A DNA stretch of 64,000 nt from Mytilus californianus (lineage: Eukaryota): NCBI RefSeq assembly GCF_021869535.1, contig NW_026262593.1, positions 14,446,001 to 14,510,000 on the forward strand, read 5' to 3'. The notes beneath the pieces were generated by a model. That model saw only the letters and a program-made list of their open reading frames with translations, had not been told where the DNA came from and did no database searches. The first letter of the stretch is position 1. Each line of letters opens with the position of its first letter. The translations under genes and the position numbers were made by a program. Of the stretch, positions 23,201 to 32,200 are shown in pieces.

Positions 23201-26200
23201 CCATATAATATAGCTTTCGTTAATCGAGTAATGCCTTCCCTCGTTGTATATATCTAGAGTTGTAACACAGTATTTGATGTATAGTGGCAAGTAGATGTTA
23301 TACCTGCAGATCAGCTGTTTTTGTCTGTCGTAAAGGATGATAATTTTACTGACCATGCAGTCACATCAAATATAAATATGTGACAACTTTATGTAAAAAT
23401 AACCTTCTTAACTTATAATTCCATAGCGTTGCACTAACAACTATGTCCAGATAAAGAATTTCAACAACACTTGCAGAACTAGTTCAACTGCGTAGATACC
23501 CATATTGGTGAGGCAATGACGCAGGATATATACAATTATGTGTTTTGATGGCCACTACATTCAACATTGGGATAAGACAACACACAACGTTGGTATTACT
23601 GTTTGTTGGCTTTACGCTAGTCCTCTTTTTTCAGTGTTAAATAAACAGGTTACAGCATACATATGAGATGTCACTATCATACCAGTATACATTCAATGAA
23701 CCTTCCCCTGAAATACCTGTTATCATTTGTTAAAGGACTACACGTGGTGACTACATATATTTGATATAGGGTGTCCTAAAAAATATGGGGTTAGTTACCA
23801 TATGGGGTTAGTAAGGAGTAACTTCCCTTTCAAAACAAAAAAAGAAATCTGAAAGGTTTCAACAGACGAAGAAATTGATAATGAACGATTTAAATAAATC
23901 CATAAAACAAATTTAAAGCTAACAAGTTGTTATTGTTGGCATTTGTATTTTGAATAGACAAATGAAAGTAGGTTCTTAATACTAAGTATTGAAGACTTAA
24001 TCACTTTGCTAGGCCGCTAGTCTAAATACCACATGTGAAGATAGTCGGTAAGATAAATCCGTTACACGGTGTGCTATAGACCTAGTACGATATATATGGG
24101 ATCAGTAAATTCCATATGGGCATTGGAGCTTCGCTCTCACCCCATATGGAATTTACTGACCCCATACATATCGTATTAGGTCACTGACACACCATGGAAC
24201 TAATAATATGGATTCAAAGGAAATCTCATTATGATTGTACCCCAACCCCTTTTTATACGACAAAATTCAAATAAAAACGGTAGAAATACATAATTCTATT
24301 AGGTTTTGGTTTTCAAATGTTATGGCCTCGAGCATCACTGAAAGAGACATATTATCAAATCAATGTTTTTAAAAAAAAAATACTTTGGTATATTATCTTC
24401 GATCGTAACTGATGTCTGCATATTGAAGAACATAAAGACAAACGAGAAGATACATTTGATAAAGTAGTTCTCATTTCCACTGTGTGGGAAGATAATCCGA
24501 CGGAATTGACTAGGTTGTTTATCAGTGTCTTTTTAAAAAGCTATGGCGGCAAAATCACATTTAGTATTCACCGATTCAATGCTTTCTTCGATAAAAATTG
24601 TAAGTGAAGACATTTTAGACGCACTTCAATTTGTCGGTTAAAGACAATTGCTGATTTATCTCAAACATCGATACGCATTAGAATAATTTCAAAAAAAAAA
24701 TGTTTCAGACCAAGGCTGATATCTTTATATTGCGCAAACTTTGAAATTACCATGGATGTAAAGGCATTTTGAAGATTAAATTACACGAATAGAGATTTCG
24801 AGTAATTATTCAAATGATAAGAAAAATGAAAGACGTACTTATTTCTTTCAAATGGAATGCTGTAAGGAAAACAAGATATTACAAAAACTAATAAACGTTT
24901 ATATGTCTATTGATGGAACTGAAGTCAACTTAGTCTAGAAGATTGTAAATTCAGTAACTTCACCTTGTACAGTTCTTGAAATGAAGAGAAAACTCGATCC
25001 GTGTTATGACATCGCTTATTGTCGTAATAGACTAGTACCAATGCGAATAAAAAAGTTTATTCAGGGGGGAATTTGTGAATAGTGAATAAAATTTTTTTCT
25101 AACCGCTACGTTTTTTAAAAATAAGATAAGAAGGTGTGATATGATTGCCAATGAGATAACTACCCACCAAAGTCCGTTAAGGCCGTAGATTTAAGCAACC
25201 GTACGGCCTCTATGTTTGTTTGTTACCCAATGCATTTGTTTTCTTTTTTTTTCCATATTTTTTTTCTTAACTATATGTCCACGAAAAACCGCCACCATAT
25301 GTGCACAAGTGGAAACAAATACATCAAAAATTAAAACGCGAGAAACGATAAGAATTTTTTGGCGTACGACTCAAAATTGCATTCAATATTCATTTTTTTA
25401 TCATTTCTAAAAAAAAAACTGACAAAAATATATGTTCAAACGTTAATATTGTCTTTCAGCAATAGGAATGACTATTGGGCAGAATGTGGCCGGTGGTTAT
25501 CGTTCGTGGAAGAAAGCAGTGCAGATGTGGTATGACGAGATTACGATGTGGAAGTACGGGATCGAACCAGATTCTTATCTCGGTCACAAAGGATGGAAGA
25601 AAATTGGACATTTCACACAGGTATGTGAGTTTTGCAATAGATAAAATACGACAAGACTTCATTATTTTAGTTTAAGTATATCAGAAGGAAGATTGTTAAT
25701 ATTGTTTGGTGCGCTAGTTATATCACCGATTTTGTACTTACATGAGCAACACGACGGGTGCCACATGTGGAGCAGGATCTGCTTACCCCTCTGGAGCACG
25801 TGATATCACCTCCGATTTTTGGTTGGGTTCGTGTTGCTCAGTCTTTGGTTTTCTAAGTTGTTTTGTGTATTGTTGTTTGTCTCTTTGTCTTTTTCCTTTT
25901 TAGTCATGGCGTTGTTAGTTTTTTTTCGACTTATGAGTTTGAATGTCCCTTTGGTATCCTTCGCCTCTCTTTTTCTGTACGGACGGGGTTTTTATGATGC
26001 ATTTTGAATACAAAGTCAACAGAGAAAGAAGTTAGTGCATGTATTCAAATGGATGAGACCAGTTGTAGACTACTACAAAACAAAACAATTTGCTTCACTT
26101 CATTTAAAATAATGTTCTACAATATATCACATAATTGGCGTCGATTTCCTCTTGTCTTTATGAGCTACATGTAGAAGATTATTATTCAATTTCAGATGGT

Positions 26201-29200
26201 ACAGAATGGTACATACTTAGTTGGTTGTGGATATGCAGTGTGTAAGAATTCTATGTACAAGCGTTACTACGTCTGTGACTACGCTGCAGGGTGAGGACAT
26301 TTATTTTTTAACATTAACTTGATTGGTATTGCTTCCTTAACGTACACATTTAGAATTCAACGCTCAAATTACATCTGACTTTACTTATTTGTAAAGACTT
26401 TCGGTCTTCACGGGCCTGACTGGCCTGGGTAATCATACTTTTATTTCCAAACTACACGTTAAAAGTAGCTCTCACAAGGCACAAGTACTTGCTCACATCA
26501 CATTACATTTGATATGTAAAGTAATTAAGGACTAAATGTAATTAAATTATCCAAATTGTTCACTTGAATATATTTCTGCAGACATAACAGTGCAACTTAC
26601 CTGGTTTGATTTTATGCAACACATAACGTTTTGTAGTCTTATGATAAATTAAAAACAACATAAATATTTAAAGTTTACACACTTTTTAACACCTTTCTCA
26701 ATAAATTAGAACAACAAATTCATAGCTAACTGCTCTGATAAAGTTTAATCAGTTTTAATGCCTTATTTACATCAAAATTTAATATCAAAATGTACCCTGG
26801 AAGCTTTATACTGGTTTAAAAACTTTTTTCTTTGCACGGTACTAGTATCTGTATTTGATCATGCAGCAATGTACTAGTATCTGTATTTGATCATGCAGCA
26901 ATGTACTAGTATCTGTATTTGATCATGCAGCAATGTACTAGTATCTGTATTTGATCATGCAGCAATGTACTAGTATCTGTATTTGATCATGCAGCAATGT
27001 ACTCATTTGATGATTAGTAGTTCATGGATATGCATACTGTTATACATGCAATGACAAAATAGTAACGTAATACATTACATATAACTGTAAAGTTCCAGTT
27101 TTCATTTGTTTACCGTAAACTGCTAACACGTTTAAGGTCCTCGACAAACACTGCTGTTCTTAAAGTCCTTCGAGTAGGAGATACGGGTACATAAATCTCG
27201 ATATGTAGTCAGACAATAATATGTAACGCCTAATTTCTGACAATTTCGGGTCGTATATAGAATATGCCAAGTTTTCTGTATATCCCATTATTTGCAGATG
27301 ACGAAATGATTATCCCAAATCTGGATCTTATGGCTAAATTGGTCGGCATTGGTCAGTTTCTCATATTCTTCCTGTATCAGTCACTTGGATAAAAAAAGTG
27401 AAATAATTACCAACGAACAGTTATCACCTTTAGATAAACTCAACTCACTTAATATAATTTTATATTTGATATGCTTTGAATGTGTGTCCTAAACAATTTC
27501 ACATAAATAATGGGTTGAGGTAGTAGTGATCGCAGTTGTTGAGGTAGTAGTGATCGCAATTGTTGAGGTAGTAGTGATCGCAGTTGTTGAGGTAGTAGTG
27601 ATCGCAATTGTTGAGGTAGTAGTGATCGCAATTGTTGAGGTAGTAGTGATCGCAATTGTTGAGGTAGTAGTGATCGCAGTTGTTGAGGTAGTAGTGATCG
27701 CAGTTGTTGAGGTAGTAGTGATCGCAGTTGTTGAGGTAGTAGTGATCGCAATTGTTGAGGTAGTAGTGATCGCAGTTGTTGAGGTAGTAGTGATCGCAGT
27801 TGTTGAGGTAGTAGTGATCGCAATTGTTGAGGTAGTAGTGATCGCAATTGTTGAGGTAGTAGTGATCGCAATTGTTTTATTGTCTTTCTGTAATGCAAAA
27901 AAATAATAAAATAAAACAAATTAAAGTCACATGTTTGGCAACACGCAAGAAACGTCTTTTTGTATTTTTTGTTTTTAGTTATTTAAATTCAAACGAAAAC
28001 GAACATTTAGAACCTTGTTAACGGTGGGGAAACGATACCAAATTATTATTTTGGTCCATTAAGTGTTTTGTTTAACCATTTATGCAAGAACAACACCAAC
28101 AAAAAATAAAAACAAAAAAGGAAACTGGATTTTTGTATTACATCAGGCAAATTAAAGAAATGTCTTGTTAAATAATTTATATTCTAACATTGTTTCTCCT
28201 TCAATGATCACATGATTGGTTCCAGATAAAGGGAGGATTCCTCGCTCACAAATATGTTTAACCCCACCACATTCTGTATATGTGCCTGTCCAAGTCAGGA
28301 CCATGTACTTCAATACACATAATCTCTATTTGTCCGCCATTTATACTGGAAAATATAAAGGTTTCCGACAAATTTTGACGTCACAATAGAAAATGTCTGA
28401 CGCCACAAACGAAAAGTGGTTGTTGTATGAAGTCAATAGTTCAAGTGTCACAGATTCCCAAATAGCGATAAGGTCTATGGTTGTCGTTGGTTGCTGTATG
28501 TCATATTTCTTTCGTTTATTGTTTTGTCATACATCAGGTGATTGGTTTTCTCGCTTGAAGTGTTCACATTTTGTCATGTCGTTGCCTTTTAAAGCTGACT
28601 ATACGATATGGGGTTTGGTCATTGTTGAAGGCGGTACAATGCTTTATAGTTGCTTACTTTCACGTCACTCAGACTCTGGTAAATAGTTGTCTAGTTGGAA
28701 ATCATACCACATCACCTTATTTTATATCAAGATCATCAAATCCCCATTGGGTTCAAATTTGTTTAGTTTTAACTTATTGCAGGCGATAGTGTAATGGATT
28801 GTACTGGAATCTTGTCCTGACAATATAAATAATTCACATCATTGTACATTTTGTGTCTGTAAACACTTAAGGTGTATGGTAACTGTAATTTCTTAATGCT
28901 TATTTGTCAATTGTGTTTTTAGACAGTCTAACTTGGCAATTCCATACACAAGTGGTCCTCGATGTTCCAAATGTCCCCATTCTTGTTCGAATGGACAGTG
29001 CGGTAAGTGTAATGTACATGCGTGTAATAATTGTAAAACTCAATTATTCGTTCTCCAACCCACCAAAACCAAGCAGATGAAAAGATACATATTGTTGGTG
29101 CTGTTTGACAAATTCGGTAAAAATCAAGGGAGATAATTATTTCATTTCATTTTTACATCGCGATGACCTTGGGGTCATTCAGATGTATTGCTATCGCCCA

Positions 29201-32200
29201 GATTTCCATTATGTAAATTAGTTTTGGGTTTGTAACCGATCTATAAACATGATAAATATGCGCACATAAACGAATGCAAAATAACATTCCTTATCGTTTG
29301 ATATAAATACATCTCTTCAATGAATACTGATAAAAATATTTTTGTTTACAACATAAATTAATAATATGAAAATGTTTTGTAGTTCGATATATATATATAA
29401 GTAAAAAATCATTGATAATATCAATGCAGACGTACCGAAAAATTGTGTTAAAGCATGCGGAAGAATATCTCAGAGAACTTTTTGCGAGGACCGGTAACTC
29501 TGTAATTGTTTTTGCGGGAAAATATGAATGCCTACTCGTATCCAATCTTAGAAAAATCGAATTTTTACAGAAAAGTGTCCACCATGTATACTGATTTGTA
29601 TCACTACAATATAATAGTTATTATGGTGAAGTTGAATTTCCTGTCATTTATTCATCATCCACGCACGAACTTGTCTCAGAAAAAAATATATCTCTGTACA
29701 TTAACCTCAGTTTCAGGTAAAGAGATATGTTGTTTTTTTCTGAGACAAGTGCTTTTGACCATCCTCAAGAACTTGTGGTCATCCGATGTTCAGTACTTCA
29801 GTACTTTGATTTATAAATTATAAGTCAATATGAGTGATGTCAAATTGTAATTCATATGAAACTGAATTTTTAATTTAGGTGAACTACTAGTATATAGCGC
29901 CTATTTCAGGAAGGACTAAAGTAAGACCGATTTATATGATCGTAGTATACCGAGATACACAACTATTAGAAAAACAAACCGGTTCTGCATCTATGTCAAC
30001 ACGTGATGGTATAATTCAATATTGATTTTTGTATTTAATATTTAGACTGCAAAGGGATAGTGTGTTATAATGGCGGGAAACTAGACCCAGATAGTTGCCA
30101 GTGTCAATGTACCAAAGTATACAAAGGAAGAACGTGCGAGGAATGTAAGTAATGAAACATGTATATTTAGGACAACGGTGTTCTTTTTGGTTTATGAACT
30201 TCGGAAAAAATAGACTTTATATTAGATGTAATGCATTTGTACTGGAAAAAACTTCGAGAGTAAGCCATTTAACAGAGTTAACATGTCTTTAGTTAGGTAA
30301 GACCTTGTAGTCTTCTCCCAGATTGTTATGGAGACCACAATTCTTTTGAAATGATTATTTCAGTTTTGATACCTCGTAACCTACTTGGAGTAACAATTTT
30401 GTTAAGGCAAAAATTAACAGAACATTCAATATGTAGATTCTGCAAAGTGGGTCATGCGGGTGGAGGGCGGAAAATTTGGACAGCACCTTAGCAAAAGAGA
30501 GTTTGTTGGATAGAAGCAGATATTTTGCCGTCCAAATGTCATCTACTGATTCCATTAAAAGTTGTCCGAAGTCTTATTTTACGTATTGGGAGCGTGACAC
30601 TCTTCCCATAGGACAGACCTATGCATTCCTTAAACGTCCCCATTCATACCGGACATGCCGCCGCGTATTTCTACAAGCTATGAGTGTCGATGATACGTCT
30701 CATTATACAATATGTCAATCTCTTAATCGCCCCGAATGGACAAAGTTGTGAATTGATTTAAAAGAAACATTGTATTTATAACAGGTTTGCAATCAACACA
30801 AAAAAACATTAAGATATCCCATAAGACAAAAAGTATTCTTCGGCTTTCAACTAAACTTGCCCGCAATTAAAGATCGATTTGGTTGAGCAGGATATGCTTA
30901 CCCTTCCGGAGCACTTAATATTATCCTAATATTTCGATAGGGTTCGTGTTGCTGAGTCTTTAGTTTTTAATGTAGTGATTTGTGAACTTGTTTGTCTTAG
31001 TAGGTATTTTGTCATTGCGTTGTCAGTTTCTCTCGAGTTATGAGTTTTGAATGCCCCTTTGTATCGTCCACCTCTTTTTTGTTAAATAGGTATATTGTAT
31101 ATATTATATGCGTAACGATCGGTTCCTTTATAACCTTACATGAGCAACACGACGGGTGCCTCATGTGGAGCAGGATCTGCTTACCCTTCCGGAGCACCTG
31201 AGATCACCTCCAGTTTGGAGGGGTTCGTGTTGCTCAGTCTTTAGTTTTCTAAGTTGTGTTTTGTGTACTGTTGTTTGTCTGCTTGTCTTTTTCTTTTTTA
31301 GCCATGGCGTTGTCGGTTTATTTTCGACTTATGAGTTTGAACGTCCCTTTGGTATCCTTTTATACTTGTGTCAAAGTCCTTTACCCATAGATTGTAAAGA
31401 ATAAAACTGAATCGCCTACACATTTACCATCGTTTTATTGCTTTTTGTGCAAATCTGTTTACTAGAAATTAACATTATGTCTCATATTACCTAGTGAGGG
31501 ACAAACAGTGGAAATATTGTTTATAAAATACCACAATTTTTTAACCGATCTCTGTATTATTTGATGTATTACTTTTAATTTAATTACATGTACTGTTATG
31601 TTGTTGTTTATTTTTATGTTTATTACATTACGTTATATGTTTTATATTGATTAATATGACAATAAATTATTGACTGTTGTGGTTAAAGAAAGACTGGCTT
31701 TAGAAGTAGCAAAATTAAAATTCACAATTGTTTAGCTTTATAACTTTTCTATTACTTAGTACGAAAGCTATATTGTTATTGTGTCATTTATCAATCTCTG
31801 TTGGATAATTGTCTCATTGACAAACATATCACATCGTCTTACTCTATATGGTTCCGTTTCTATTACCTACTAGAGATTTTTAAAGGGGAATTTGAAAATA
31901 ATAACCAGATAATGAATAGCGTTTTTTTTATCATTTGTTACAGTGAATTGCCCAGCAGAGGACGCCTTTGTTTGTGGCAGAGATTGGCCTCAGTCATACT
32001 GTGAAAGATTCTACAATGTCCCAGATGAATGCCCTTACATGTGTGGAAGATGCAAAGGTCGGTATTACCACGGTTTATATATGATGGAGGTATACATTAA
32101 ATAGTTTCAGAAAAAAGTATAAAATTCAATGTGCAGGAATATATGTTTTTGTAATAAATCCTTTCAAGCATGCAATAAGCCAAAAGCGTTGAAAAAATCA

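Noticed and set aside
27526-27906. + strand ORF (IAVVEVVV)n as an exon of the CAP gene or a membrane protein
   Set aside because: No acceptor; the CAP exons 6 and 7 join in phase without it; it is the antisense read of the 24-bp repeat.
29430-29493. Cryptic Cys-containing exon (DVPKNCVKACGRISQRTFCED) in CAP intron 7
   Set aside because: 64 nt, phase 1 to 2, would frameshift the downstream exons; weak acceptor.
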